Part shown: piece by piece, positions 55,184-64,000 of the stretch
Position numbering within the stretch: position 1 is the first letter of the stretch
Layout: each line of letters starts with the position of its first letter
From: Spirochaetia bacterium
Lineage (GTDB): Bacteria > Spirochaetota > Spirochaetia > SZUA-6 > Bin103
Assembly: GCA_965199955.1 (NCBI GenBank)
Contig: CBDATQ010000001.1
Location: 1,408,001 to 1,472,000, forward strand
Reading direction: 5' to 3'
Length of the DNA: 64,000 nucleotides
Made by a program: the position numbers and the translations under genes
Notes under the pieces: model-generated
Database searches by the model: none
Seen by the model: the letters and a program-made list of their open reading frames with translations, nothing else
What the model was told of the DNA's origin: nothing

Positions 55184-56764
55184 GTGAACATCCGTATCAG
55201 ACCTGTGTTCCTGGCCGTGCTGGCGGTCGCGCTGGTGCTCGGCGGCGGCGCGGCCGTGGCGTACGACGACGTCCTGGTGATCGCGATATCGGGCGACATC
55301 GAGACGCTCGACCCGCCGTTCTCGCGCTTTCAGCGCTCGAACGAGACCAACCTGAACGTCTACGACCAGTTCTTCCGCTACGGGCGGCGCGACACCGGTC
55401 AGGGCTACAGCATCGCCGACACCGGCACCATCGAAGGCGCAGCCATCGAGTCGTGGGAGTGGTCGGACGACGGGCTGTCGATCGTGCTCGACATCCGGCA
55501 GGGCGTGACCTTTTCCAAGACCGGCCGCGAGCTGACCGCCGACGACTTCATCTACTGGTTCGACCGGGCGCACGGAACGGAGTCCGGCACCGCCTGGAAC
55601 GTCAACACCGCCGGCATCACCGCGTACGAGAAGACCGGCGACCACCAGGTGACGCTGCAGTTCTCGAATCCCAGCCCATGGTTCTTCTTCCTGTTCCGCG
55701 ACCAGTCGCAGGGGCCGATGGACCACGTCGAGGCGCAGGCGCACGTCGAGTCCGACGATCCGTGGGCGACGCGCTGGCTGGCCAAGAACGACGTCGGCTC
55801 CGGCGAGTACTACGTCGAGAGCTGGGAGGCCGGCGTGCAGATGGTGCTGCGCGCCAATCCCGACTACTGGGCCGGGCCGGCCTTCTTCGAAGAGATCATC
55901 CTGCAGATCGTCCCCAACTCGGCCGATCGCGCGCTGCTGCTGCGCGAAGGAGAGGTGGACATCGCCACCGGGCTCTCCACGGACGAGCTTTCTGCCCTGC
56001 GCGACTCCGACGGCGTCAAGGTGCTGTCGATTCCGACGCGCAACCAGATGATCTTCGGCTTCAACGTGCAGCGTGCGCCGTTCGACGACGAGCGCGTACG
56101 CCAGGCGCTGTCCTACGCGGTGCCGTACGAGGCGATCGCGCAGGGGATCTTCGGCGGCAACGCTCTGGTGTCGGCCGGTCCGATACCGGTCGGCGGGCAG
56201 TATCACGACAGCAGCCTGTGGCCGTACAGCTTTGATCTGGACAAGGCGTCGGCCCTGCTGGCCGAGGCCGGCTACGGCGACGGGTTCGAGTTCACCCTGG
56301 ACATCGCCTCCGGCCTGCCCACCACGGAGCAGATCGCGGTCGTCCTGCAGGACGCGTTCAAGGACGTCGGCGTGACCATGAACATCAACCCGCAGCCCGC
56401 CGCGGTGTTCGCGGAGCAACTCGGCACGCTGGAGCATCACGCCTGGATGCGTGACCTGCTGTGGTACGTGGACGACGCCGGCTATACCGGCGACCTGTTC
56501 TTCCGTACCGGCGCGGTCGCCAACTGGATGGGCTACAGCGACACGGAGCTGGATCCCATCATCGACGAGCTGACCGTCACGCTCGACCCCGGGCGCAAGG
56601 CGGAGCTGACGCATCGCTACCAGGAGATCCTGATCGCGGCGGCGCCGGCTCTCTACGTCTCGGAGATGCCGTTCGAGATCGCGATGCGCGACGATATTCA
56701 CGGCTACGTGCAGCTCCCCGACAATCTGCTGTGGTACTGGCCGCTGTACCGCGACGACGGCTGA
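55184..56764 (+). CDS. ABC substrate-binding protein, family 5 (DppA-like)
   Basis: Signal peptide, ETLDP, LTADD, ANPDYW, VRQALSYA; GTG after AAGGAGG. Confidence 0.92.
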   Translation: MNIRIRPVFLAVLAVALVLGGGAAVAYDDVLVIAISGDIETLDPPFSRFQRSNETNLNVYDQFFRYGRRDTGQGYSIADTGTIEGAAIESWEWSDDGLSIVLDIRQGVTFSKTGRELTADDFIYWFDRAHGTESGTAWNVNTAGITAYEKTGDHQVTLQFSNPSPWFFFLFRDQSQGPMDHVEAQAHVESDDPWATRWLAKNDVGSGEYYVESWEAGVQMVLRANPDYWAGPAFFEEIILQIVPNSADRALLLREGEVDIATGLSTDELSALRDSDGVKVLSIPTRNQMIFGFNVQRAPFDDERVRQALSYAVPYEAIAQGIFGGNALVSAGPIPVGGQYHDSSLWPYSFDLDKASALLAEAGYGDGFEFTLDIASGLPTTEQIAVVLQDAFKDVGVTMNINPQPAAVFAEQLGTLEHHAWMRDLLWYVDDAGYTGDLFFRTGAVANWMGYSDTELDPIIDELTVTLDPGRKAELTHRYQEILIAAAPALYVSEMPFEIAMRDDIHGYVQLPDNLLWYWPLYRDDG

Positions 56765-56789
56765 TCACCGAGCCGCTCTCTTTCCGTGT

Positions 56790-56823
56790 GCGGGGTGCGG
56801 GCGCCGAGCGCTCGTCACCCCGC
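56790..56823 (+). terminator. Intercistronic stem-loop after the DppA-like gene
   Basis: GCGGGGTG-CGGGCGC-CGA-GCGCTCG-T-CACCCCGC. Confidence 0.55.
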
Positions 56824-56860
56824 TCATCTTTCGGTGGCTTTCGTGAGCGCGCCCTGACCG

Positions 56861-57889
56861 ATGCTTGAGTCCGCGCGCGAATGGGCGCTGTTCCTGGCCA
56901 AGCGGGTCGGGATCCTCATCATCTCCCTGCTGGGCGTGTCGATGATCACCTTCGCGGTCACGCATGCCATCGGCAACCCCGTCTACCTGCTGGTCGGTCC
57001 CAGGCACAACCAGGAGATGCTCGACAACCTGACCCGCGAGCTGGGCCTGGACCGGCCGCTGTACGAGCGCTACGTCAACTACCTGGCCAACCTGGCCCGA
57101 GGCAACCTGGGCGTGTCCCGCTACTCCTACAACCCGGTGCTGACCGACATCCGCTCGCGGCTGCCGGCCACCCTGGAGCTGTCCACGTTCGCGCTGCTGC
57201 TCGGGGTGCTGTGGGCGGTGCCGGCCGGCGTGGTCGCCGGCATCCGCCGCCGCGGCGTGTTCGCCCGGTTGGCGGACGTGACCGCGCGCGGCGGCGTCTC
57301 CATGCCCGGGTTCTGGCTCGGGCTGCTTCTGATCTTCGTCTTCTTCGCGGAGCTGGGCTGGCTGCCGGCGCCGCTCGGCCGCCTGGACCGCGAGTTCGGC
57401 AAGCCGCCGTACGTCACCGGCTGGTACACGGTCGACTCGCTGCTGGCCGGCGACGCCGGCGCGTTCGTGTCCACCGTCCGCCACCTGATCCTGCCGGCGG
57501 TGACGCTGGCGCTCACCACCAGCCCCAGCACGCTGCAGATCACGCGCAACAAGATGCGGGAGGTGATGCAGAGCGACTTCATCCGCACCGCCAGGGCGTT
57601 CGGGATGCCGTCCTCGACGGTCTATCGCTATGCGCTGCGCAACATCCTGGGACCGGTGATCACCATGATCGCCATGACCTACGGCTATCTGCTGAGCGGC
57701 ACCGTGCTGGTCGAGGTGGTGTTCACCTGGCCGGGGCTGGGGCTGTACGCGGTCGACGCCATGAACCACTCCGACTACGAGCCGATCATGGGCGTGGTGC
57801 TGCTGACCGCCGCCTTCTACCTGACGATCTACCTGGCCGCCGACGTCGTCAACGCCATGCTCGATCCGCGCGCGCGCAGCCGGGAGTGA
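56861..57889 (+). CDS. Peptide/nickel-type ABC permease (DppB-like)
   Basis: LGLDRPL, RLPATLEL, SMPGFWLG, DFIRTARAFG, WPGLG, LDPR. Confidence 0.93.
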   Translation: MLESAREWALFLAKRVGILIISLLGVSMITFAVTHAIGNPVYLLVGPRHNQEMLDNLTRELGLDRPLYERYVNYLANLARGNLGVSRYSYNPVLTDIRSRLPATLELSTFALLLGVLWAVPAGVVAGIRRRGVFARLADVTARGGVSMPGFWLGLLLIFVFFAELGWLPAPLGRLDREFGKPPYVTGWYTVDSLLAGDAGAFVSTVRHLILPAVTLALTTSPSTLQITRNKMREVMQSDFIRTARAFGMPSSTVYRYALRNILGPVITMIAMTYGYLLSGTVLVEVVFTWPGLGLYAVDAMNHSDYEPIMGVVLLTAAFYLTIYLAADVVNAMLDPRARSRE

Positions 57890-57891
57890 GC

Positions 57892-58773
57892 ATGGGCGCC
57901 GCCGATCTCGCGTCCGCCGCCGTGGCCGACACCGCCCGGCCGGGCTTCTACCGGCGCCTGGAGAACGCCAACGGCGCCGCCCGGGTGCGGATCAACCTCG
58001 CCCTGCTTTCGCTGCTGATCATGCTGGGCGCGGTCGCTCCGCTGCTGCCGCTGCAGGATCCGGTCGATCCGAATCCGCTCTCCCGGTTCGCGCCGCCGTC
58101 GCGGGAGCACTGGTTCGGCACCGACACCAATGGCATGGACGTGTTCTCCCGCACGATCCACGCGATTCGCGTCGACTTCTCGCTGGCGCTGAGCTCGGTG
58201 CTGTTGGGCATCCTGGTCGGCGTGCCGCTGGGCGCGCTGGCCGGCTACTTCGGGGGCCGTTTCGACACCGTGGTGACGCGGATCACGGAGGTGTTCCAGG
58301 GCTTTCCGCAGATCCTGTTCGGGATGGCGGTGCTGGCGGCCGCCGGCAACACGCTGGTGAACCTGGTGCTGATCATCGCGTTTTACAACGTTCCCGTGTA
58401 CAGCAAGATGGTGCGCAGCGCCGCCGTGCCCCTGCGCGAGGCGGACTTCGTGCTGGCGGCGCGGGTGTTCGGCAACTCGCCGCTGTCGGTGGTGTTCCGG
58501 CACGTCATGCCCAACACGCTGGTGCCGGTGTTCTCGCAGCTTCCGCTGAGCTGCGCCTACGCCGTGCAGATGATCGCGGGCCTTAGCTTCGTCGGCCTGG
58601 GCGTCTCCATCCCGACGCCGGAGTGGGGCTCGATGATCCAGCTCGGCGCAAATCAGATGGTGTTCGGCAAGTGGTGGGCGTCGGTGTTCCCCGGACTGGC
58701 GCTGTTCGGCTCGGTCTGGGTGCTCAACAACGTCAGCGACCTGCTCGGGTCGCTGGTGGTACGGCGGGCGTGA
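57892..58773 (+). CDS. Peptide/nickel-type ABC permease (DppC-like)
   Basis: HWFGTDTNGMDVFSR, DFVLAAR, LSFVGLG, PEWG. Confidence 0.93.
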   Translation: MGAADLASAAVADTARPGFYRRLENANGAARVRINLALLSLLIMLGAVAPLLPLQDPVDPNPLSRFAPPSREHWFGTDTNGMDVFSRTIHAIRVDFSLALSSVLLGILVGVPLGALAGYFGGRFDTVVTRITEVFQGFPQILFGMAVLAAAGNTLVNLVLIIAFYNVPVYSKMVRSAAVPLREADFVLAARVFGNSPLSVVFRHVMPNTLVPVFSQLPLSCAYAVQMIAGLSFVGLGVSIPTPEWGSMIQLGANQMVFGKWWASVFPGLALFGSVWVLNNVSDLLGSLVVRRA

Positions 58774-58777
58774 CGCC

Positions 58778-59737
58778 GTGGCCCTGCTGTCGATCCGCGA
58801 CCTGGCCGTGGAATTCCTGGTCGACCGGCAGACCATTCACGCCCTGCGCGGCGTGACCATGAGCCTCGAAGAGGGGTCGCGCACGGCGGTCGTCGGCGAG
58901 AGCGGCTCGGGCAAGACCGTGACCGCGCTCAGCGTTCTGCGGCTCCTCCCGCCAACCGCGCGGATAACTTCCGGGCAGATCGATTTCGCCGGCCGGGACC
59001 TGACCTCACTGGACGATGCGCGGCTGGGCGAGATCCGCGGCTCGCAGGTGGCGATGATCTTCCAGCACGCCGCGGCGGCACTCAATCCGCTCTGGCCGGT
59101 CGGCCGCCAGATCGCGGACGTCTATCGCCGCCACCGGGGAGGAGCGCGGCGCGAAGCGTGGCAGCGCGCGGTCGAGGTGCTGGCCGCCACGGGCATCCCC
59201 GACGCGGCCGCGCGTGCGCGGGACTATCCGCACCAGTTCTCGGGCGGCATGGCGCAGCGGGTGATGATCGCGATGGCGCTGGTGTGCTCGCCGAAGTTGC
59301 TAATCGCCGACGAGCCCACCACCGGGCTCGACCTGACCATCCAGGTGCAGGTGCTCGATCTGATAGCCGAGGTGGTCGAGCGGCTGGGCGCGACGCTGAT
59401 GCTCATCTCGCACGACCTGGCGATCGTCGGAGCGCTCTGCGACCACGTGGTGGTGATGTACGCGGGCGAGGTGATGGAGAGCGGCACCACCGCGCAGGTG
59501 CTCGAAGAGTCGGCCAATCCGTACACGGAAGGGTTGCTGGCGTGCTTCGCCGAGGCAGAGGGCGGAGACATGCCGTCCATCCCCGGACGCGCACCCGACA
59601 TGCGCCGGCCGCTGCCGGGCTGCGGATTCGCCGAGCGCTGCGCGCATGCCGGCGCCATCTGCCGACGGCATCCGGCGCCGGTGGTCGAGGTCGCGGCCGG
59701 GCATCTCTCGCGGTGCCACTTCGCCGGGGAGCGGTAG
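58778..59737 (+). CDS. ABC ATPase (DppD-like)
   Basis: GESGSGKT, YPHQFSGGMAQR, ADEPTT, C-terminal Cys cluster. Confidence 0.93.
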   Translation: MALLSIRDLAVEFLVDRQTIHALRGVTMSLEEGSRTAVVGESGSGKTVTALSVLRLLPPTARITSGQIDFAGRDLTSLDDARLGEIRGSQVAMIFQHAAAALNPLWPVGRQIADVYRRHRGGARREAWQRAVEVLAATGIPDAAARARDYPHQFSGGMAQRVMIAMALVCSPKLLIADEPTTGLDLTIQVQVLDLIAEVVERLGATLMLISHDLAIVGALCDHVVVMYAGEVMESGTTAQVLEESANPYTEGLLACFAEAEGGDMPSIPGRAPDMRRPLPGCGFAERCAHAGAICRRHPAPVVEVAAGHLSRCHFAGER

Positions 59738-59793
59738 CGCCCCAAACCCGTCGCCTCCGGCTCCGCGTTTGGCCCATCCCTGCCTTCCGGTTC

Positions 59794-59837
59794 GGATTCT
59801 GTCGGCTTCCCGCTTGAGCGGCAATCCGCCAGAATCC
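59794..59837. repeat. Palindromic intergenic element between the two ATPase genes
   Basis: GGATTCTGTCGG...CCGCTTGAGCGG...CCGCCAGAATCC, nested inverted repeats. Confidence 0.5.
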
Positions 59838-59844
59838 TCGCGGC

Positions 59845-60825
59845 GTGGACGACCAGCCGCTGCTCCGTGTCGAGCGCTCGGTGAAGCGCTACGCGCTGCG
59901 CCGGCGCGGTCTGCGCCGCTCGCACGTGGCGGCCCTGGACGGCGTGTCGGTCGCGGTGCGGCGAGGCGAGTGCGTGGGCCTGGTCGGGGAATCGGGTTCC
60001 GGCAAGTCGACGCTGGGCCGCTGCGTGCTCAACCTCACGCCTCTGGATGCGGGCCGCATCGTGTTTCAGGGGAAGGAGATCCAGGCGCTGGGAGAACGCG
60101 AGTGGCGGCCGTTGCGCCGGCAGTTGCAGATGGTGTTTCAGAACCCGCTGACCTCGTTCAACCCCATGATGACCATCGAGCAGTCACTGCAGGACGCGTT
60201 GCGCCACACCGCCGGCATGGAGGCCGCGGCGCGGCGCAGCCACGCGCGGGTATTGCTGGAGCAGGTGCAGCTCGATCAGCGGTTCGCGGCGCTCTATCCG
60301 TACGAGCTCTCCGGCGGTCAGTTGCAGCGCGCCGCCATCGCGCGGGCGCTGGCGCCGGGGCCCGACTTCCTGTTCCTGGACGAGCCGACGGCCGCCCTGG
60401 ACATGTCGATCAAGGGGCAGATCGTGAATCTGCTCCGCGAGCTGCAGCGCCGCCACGAGCGGGCGCTCATCTTCGTGTCGCACGACCTGCGGGCGGTACG
60501 CTACGTGGCCGACCGCATCTGCGTGATGTACCAGGGTCAGGTCGTGGAGCAGGGCAGCCGCGCTGCCGTATTCCACCGGCCGCGGCATCCGTACACCCGA
60601 GCCCTGCTGGCCGCGACGCTGATCGGGCGCGGCGCGCGCGCCGCGTCGACCGCGCCGGGCGGTGACAACGAGCCCACGGAGCGGTTACCGGAGGGATGCC
60701 GGCTGGTCGGACGCTGTCCGTTCGCCCAGGAATGCTGCCGGCGGGAGCCGCAGGAGTTGCGCCCGATCGCGCCGGGCCACGAGGTTCGCTGCTGGCGCTC
60801 GGAGGAGCTCCCCGCGGCCGGCTGA
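59845..60825 (+). CDS. ABC ATPase (DppF-like)
   Basis: GESGSGKS, YPYELSGGQLQR, LDEPT, HPYT, Cys cluster. Confidence 0.93.
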   Translation: MDDQPLLRVERSVKRYALRRRGLRRSHVAALDGVSVAVRRGECVGLVGESGSGKSTLGRCVLNLTPLDAGRIVFQGKEIQALGEREWRPLRRQLQMVFQNPLTSFNPMMTIEQSLQDALRHTAGMEAAARRSHARVLLEQVQLDQRFAALYPYELSGGQLQRAAIARALAPGPDFLFLDEPTAALDMSIKGQIVNLLRELQRRHERALIFVSHDLRAVRYVADRICVMYQGQVVEQGSRAAVFHRPRHPYTRALLAATLIGRGARAASTAPGGDNEPTERLPEGCRLVGRCPFAQECCRREPQELRPIAPGHEVRCWRSEELPAAG

Positions 60826-60846
60826 GCCGACGTGCTGGCCGATATC

Positions 60847-61005
60847 ACGCGGGAGGTGTACGAAGCGCCAGCAGGGTCGTTTGCTGCAGGCCACAAGGCA
60901 CTGGAGTCGCTCGTCCTGACCCGCTCCGCGATCGAGTTCAAACGCGGCGTGTCGCATGAATTTGCGAGACTCGTATACGACGGCATGTGGTTCACCTCGC
61001 ATTGA
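60847..61005 (+). pseudogene. argG: Internal fragment of argininosuccinate synthase
   Basis: Manual translation TREVYEAPAGSFAAGHKALESLVLTRSAIEFKRGVSHEFARLVYDGMWFTSH* matches the ArgG segment REVYEAP...HxxLE...LVYxGxWF. Confidence 0.8.
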
Positions 61006-61081
61006 GGAGGCGCGGACGAGCTCGATCGAGCCGGAAGTACCGACAGGTCGCTCCTCGCTGCTGCCCTCGTCGCCAACCCTG

Positions 61082-61397
61082 GTGTGAAGTTGCCCGGTGC
61101 GTCGCCGGAGCGCTGATACGCGACGGCAAGGTGCTGCTCGTCAAGAGGTCGTTTCAAGTCCGCCAATACCCGGGCGTGTGGGATCTGATGGGAGGGCACG
61201 TCGAGGGAGACGAGTCCCTGGAGGACGCGTTGCGCCGCGACGCGTTCGAAGAGCTGCGGGTAGCAAGCGAGTCCTCCCAGCCACTGGGGACCATCCATGA
61301 TCCGGTTGAACCGGCTGAAGTCAGCGTCTATGTCGTGTCCCGCTGGAGCGGCGAACCCGTGAACGCCTCTCCCGACGAACACAGTGAGATACGCTGA
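61082..61397 (+). pseudogene. NUDIX hydrolase, truncated
   Basis: VAGALIRDGKVLLVKR, WDLMGGHVEGDESLEDALRRDAFEEL (degenerate Nudix box, RE to RD); stop at EHSEIR* where a W is expected. Confidence 0.7.
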
Positions 61398-61408
61398 TAA
61401 ACGGTCCG

Positions 61409-61538
61409 ACGAGCGATTCGCAGCAGTCGATGTCCGATTCGAGGACATGAACAAGCGCTTCGATTCAATGCGGTGGCTGTTGGCGGTGCGTTCGTCGTGA
61501 TCGGGGTCCTGATGACCGTCTTCGAGTTCATTACCTGA
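61409..61538 (+). pseudogene. C-terminal fragment of an xDxRF-heptad coiled-coil, tail-anchored protein
   Basis: DERFAAVDVRFEDMNKRFDSMRWL, frameshift, then GGAFVVIGVLMTVFEFIT*. Confidence 0.55.
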
Positions 61539-61560
61539 CGCGCGGGAACCGCGCCCCGGC

Positions 61561-63207
61561 TCACGGCTGGACGGTCAGGGTCTGGTTCGGCGCCAGGTCG
61601 CGCAGCGCGGTCCGAGTGCCGTCCGGCCAGTCGACGATCAGCTCATCCACGCTCGCCGCCGAGCCCAGACCGAAGTGCGCGGACAGCTCGGAGGCGCCGA
61701 AGAAGCCGCCGGCCCCGACCGGGGCGCGCTGTGTACGGCCGCCGGCAACCACCGTCACGACCGCGCCCCAGCCGTGCGGGGCCAGTCCCGAGCCGTGCGG
61801 CGTCTCCAGGAACACGCGCAGCCAGCCGGCGTCCCCGGCGCCGCTCGGGCCGTCCGGCCCACCCAGGTCGTTGCGGAACAGGGACGGCCGCGCGTCGAAG
61901 TTGAAGATGACGATGTCGCGGTCGCCGTCGTCGTCGTAGTCCAGCGTGATCAGCGCGCGGCCCTGCAGGCGGTGCCGCAGCCCCACGGCGGCGGCGTCGA
62001 CCGGCTCGAACGCCGGCACGCCTTCCGCATCGGCGCCGGTGTTGCGGAACAGGAACGTCGGCTGCTCCTCCCATTCGTAGAGATCGGCTCCGTTCGGCGT
62101 GATCCAGCCGGTGGTGGTGACCAGGTCGCGCAGCCCGTCGTGGTCCAGGTCGACCGCCTCCACGCCCCAGCCCCAGCCGGCGTCGCGCACCTGCGCGGGG
62201 CGGGCCACCTCGTCGAAGCGGTCGCCGCCGGTGTTCAGGTAGAGCATGTTGCCGGTGCCCGGCGTGCGGTCGATCGGCCAGCGCGTGGAGACGCTGGTGA
62301 CGTACCAGTCCAGGCGGCCGTCGCCGTTCAGGTCGGCCACGGCCGAGCCCATGCCGTTCGCCTCGCGGCCGGTCCGGGAGGAGATGGTCCGGTCGGTGAA
62401 GGTGCCGTCGCCCTCGTTGCGGTAGTAGCGGCTCGTGCCGAAGTCGGCGGCCACGATCAGCTCCGGGTAGCGGTCGCCGTTGAGGTCCACGAACTGTGCG
62501 GCAAAGGCCAGCACCAGGTCGTCGGCGACGCCGGCGCGCGCGCCCACCTCCGTGAAGCCGCCGTCGCCGTCGTTGCGGAACAGCACGTTGCCGCGGATGC
62601 CGGACGCCCAGTTGCCCACGAACAGGTCCAGGTCGCCGTCCAGGTCGTAGTCCCCGAAGGCGGCGGCCATGCCGCCGGCGCCGCGGTCGAGGCGGCCGTC
62701 CGGGTCGCGATACGGCGCGCAGCAGGTGAAGGTGCCGTCGCCCTTGCCGCGGTATAGCAGCAGGTGCCCGGGCGGCGGCAACCCCGGCTCCTCCGGGCCG
62801 GCCGAGGGGATGAACAGGTCCAGCGCGCCGTCGCCGTCGAAGTCGGCGGCTGCCGCGCCGTGCGCGCGGTGCACGCGCGCCAGTCCGGCGGGGACGGCCC
62901 GATCGATGAAGGTGCCGTCGCGCCGGTTGATGAACAGGCGATCGCGGGCGCCGCCGCCGGTGGCATAGAAGAGGTCCTGGACGCCGTCGCCGTCGAAGTC
63001 GGCGGCCACACCCCCGGGGGCGTGGGGCGGCGCGGAGAACGCGCCCGGATGCTCCCGGCCCAGGCCGGCCCGCACGCCCACCTCGCTGAACTGCAGCGGC
63101 GGCGTGGCAAACACGGCCGGGGCGCCCGCGAGAACCGCGCAAAGCGCGCCGGCGATCGTGATCCCGATCCAGGGCCAGTGGCGGTGGCGGGCGCCTGGCT
63201 CGATCAA
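61561..63207 (-). CDS. CRTAC1/ASPIC-UnbV family FG-GAP repeat protein, secreted
   Basis: Signal/TM segment; repeated [19 protein letters not shown] Ca-binding blades; C-terminal AHFGLG...VDWPDG. TTGA overlap with the upstream gene. Confidence 0.85.
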   Translation of the reverse strand: MIEPGARHRHWPWIGITIAGALCAVLAGAPAVFATPPLQFSEVGVRAGLGREHPGAFSAPPHAPGGVAADFDGDGVQDLFYATGGGARDRLFINRRDGTFIDRAVPAGLARVHRAHGAAAADFDGDGALDLFIPSAGPEEPGLPPPGHLLLYRGKGDGTFTCCAPYRDPDGRLDRGAGGMAAAFGDYDLDGDLDLFVGNWASGIRGNVLFRNDGDGGFTEVGARAGVADDLVLAFAAQFVDLNGDRYPELIVAADFGTSRYYRNEGDGTFTDRTISSRTGREANGMGSAVADLNGDGRLDWYVTSVSTRWPIDRTPGTGNMLYLNTGGDRFDEVARPAQVRDAGWGWGVEAVDLDHDGLRDLVTTTGWITPNGADLYEWEEQPTFLFRNTGADAEGVPAFEPVDAAAVGLRHRLQGRALITLDYDDDGDRDIVIFNFDARPSLFRNDLGGPDGPSGAGDAGWLRVFLETPHGSGLAPHGWGAVVTVVAGGRTQRAPVGAGGFFGASELSAHFGLGSAASVDELIVDWPDGTRTALRDLAPNQTLTVQP

Positions 63208-64000
63208 CTCGGCACCGCCCCCAGCTCCTGCTCCAGGCGGCCCAGCACCGCATCGCCGACCGCCGTGGTGGTGGCGTGCCCCTGCAGGTCCGGCGTATGG
63301 GGACCCGCGGCCAGCACCGCCTGCACGGCGCGCTCGATGGCCACGGCGGGGCGGGGACGCCCCAGCGCGTCCAGCAGCATGGCGGCGGCCCGGCACGCCG
63401 CCAGCGGGTTGGCGCGGCCGGTGCCGGTCAGATCGGGGGCGCTGCCGTGCACGGGCTCGGCGATCAGGGTGCCTGCGCCGGCGTTCGCCCCGGCCACCAG
63501 CCCCAGGCCGCCGACCAGCGCGGCGCCGGCGTCACTGATGATGTCCCCGTACAGGTTGGGGGCCAGGATCACGTCATACGACTCCGGCTCACGGATCAGC
63601 CGGTAGAGGTGCGAGTCGACGAGCTGTTCGTCGACGGCTACCTCCGGAAACTCGCGAGCGACGGCGAGAGCCGTCTCGCGGAACAGCCCGTCGGTCAGCC
63701 GCAACACGTTGGCCTTGTGCACGATCGTCACCCGCCCCGCCCCGCCCCGCACCCGCGCGCGATCGGCGGCGTGCCGGAACGCGGCCCGGGCGATCCGCTT
63801 GGTCGCCCGGCGGGAGATCACGCGTTCGGCTACGGCTACGGTCTCTGGCTGCTCCCACCGCTCGCGCCCGGCGTAGAGCCCTTCGGTGTTCTCCCTGACG
63901 ACCAGGATGTCGACCCCGGCAACGCTGCCGGCGACCGGTGCCGACAGCAAAGGCCGAAGGTTGGCGTAGAGGTCCAGCTCCTGCCGCAGGGCGACCACCG
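63204..64000 (-). CDS. Isocitrate/isopropylmalate (homoisocitrate-like) dehydrogenase, 5' end outside the window
   Basis: [46 protein letters not shown]. Confidence 0.9.
   Translation of the reverse strand, partial: VVALRQELDLYANLRPLLSAPVAGSVAGVDILVVRENTEGLYAGRERWEQPETVAVAERVISRRATKRIARAAFRHAADRARVRGGAGRVTIVHKANVLRLTDGLFRETALAVAREFPEVAVDEQLVDSHLYRLIREPESYDVILAPNLYGDIISDAGAALVGGLGLVAGANAGAGTLIAEPVHGSAPDLTGTGRANPLAACRAAAMLLDALGRPRPAVAIERAVQAVLAAGPHTPDLQGHATTTAVGDAVLGRLEQELGAVPS

Noticed and set aside
1..64000. CRISPR array, cas genes, tRNA/rRNA, prophage, integrase
   Set aside because: No regularly spaced direct repeats or diagnostic motifs seen; intergenic gaps are short.

Overview
High-GC bacterial DNA (about 65-70% by eye), densely coding and dominated by catabolism and transport. 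A spirochaete-like, possibly host-associated origin is a weak inference from the solute-binding protein (SBP) N-termini and the 2TM and coiled-coil gene remnants. Main content: (1) four SBPs, two sugar-permease pairs with no ATPase, and one complete Dpp/Opp-type ABC set; (2) an approximately 19-kb glycan-utilisation locus (22.8-42.1 kb) with three GH101-like paralogues, three non-canonical GH32-like enzymes, a split GH95 and a GH110-like beta-helix, none with an obvious signal peptide, plus an Asp-box protein and a DUF6067-like hydrolase near the window start; (3) an exporter-sulfatase-class III aminotransferase-hydantoinase A/B run followed by a deacetylase and the Dpp set; (4) thrB-thrC, tandem GNATs, three PhyH dioxygenases, an M14 peptidase, an Eis-like acetyltransferase, a Kelch-like and a CRTAC1/ASPIC repeat protein; (5) an intact HigBA-like pair with an operator palindrome and a frameshifted DUF6036-like nucleotidyltransferase/partner pair; (6) about ten pseudogenes or fragments (FGGY kinase, 2TM protein, AlbA_2, IS256, argG, NUDIX, coiled-coil protein), some apparently cut by deletions between microhomologies. 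I found no rRNA, tRNA, CRISPR array, integrase or reverse transcriptase. All family calls come from motif recognition by eye, not from database searches.
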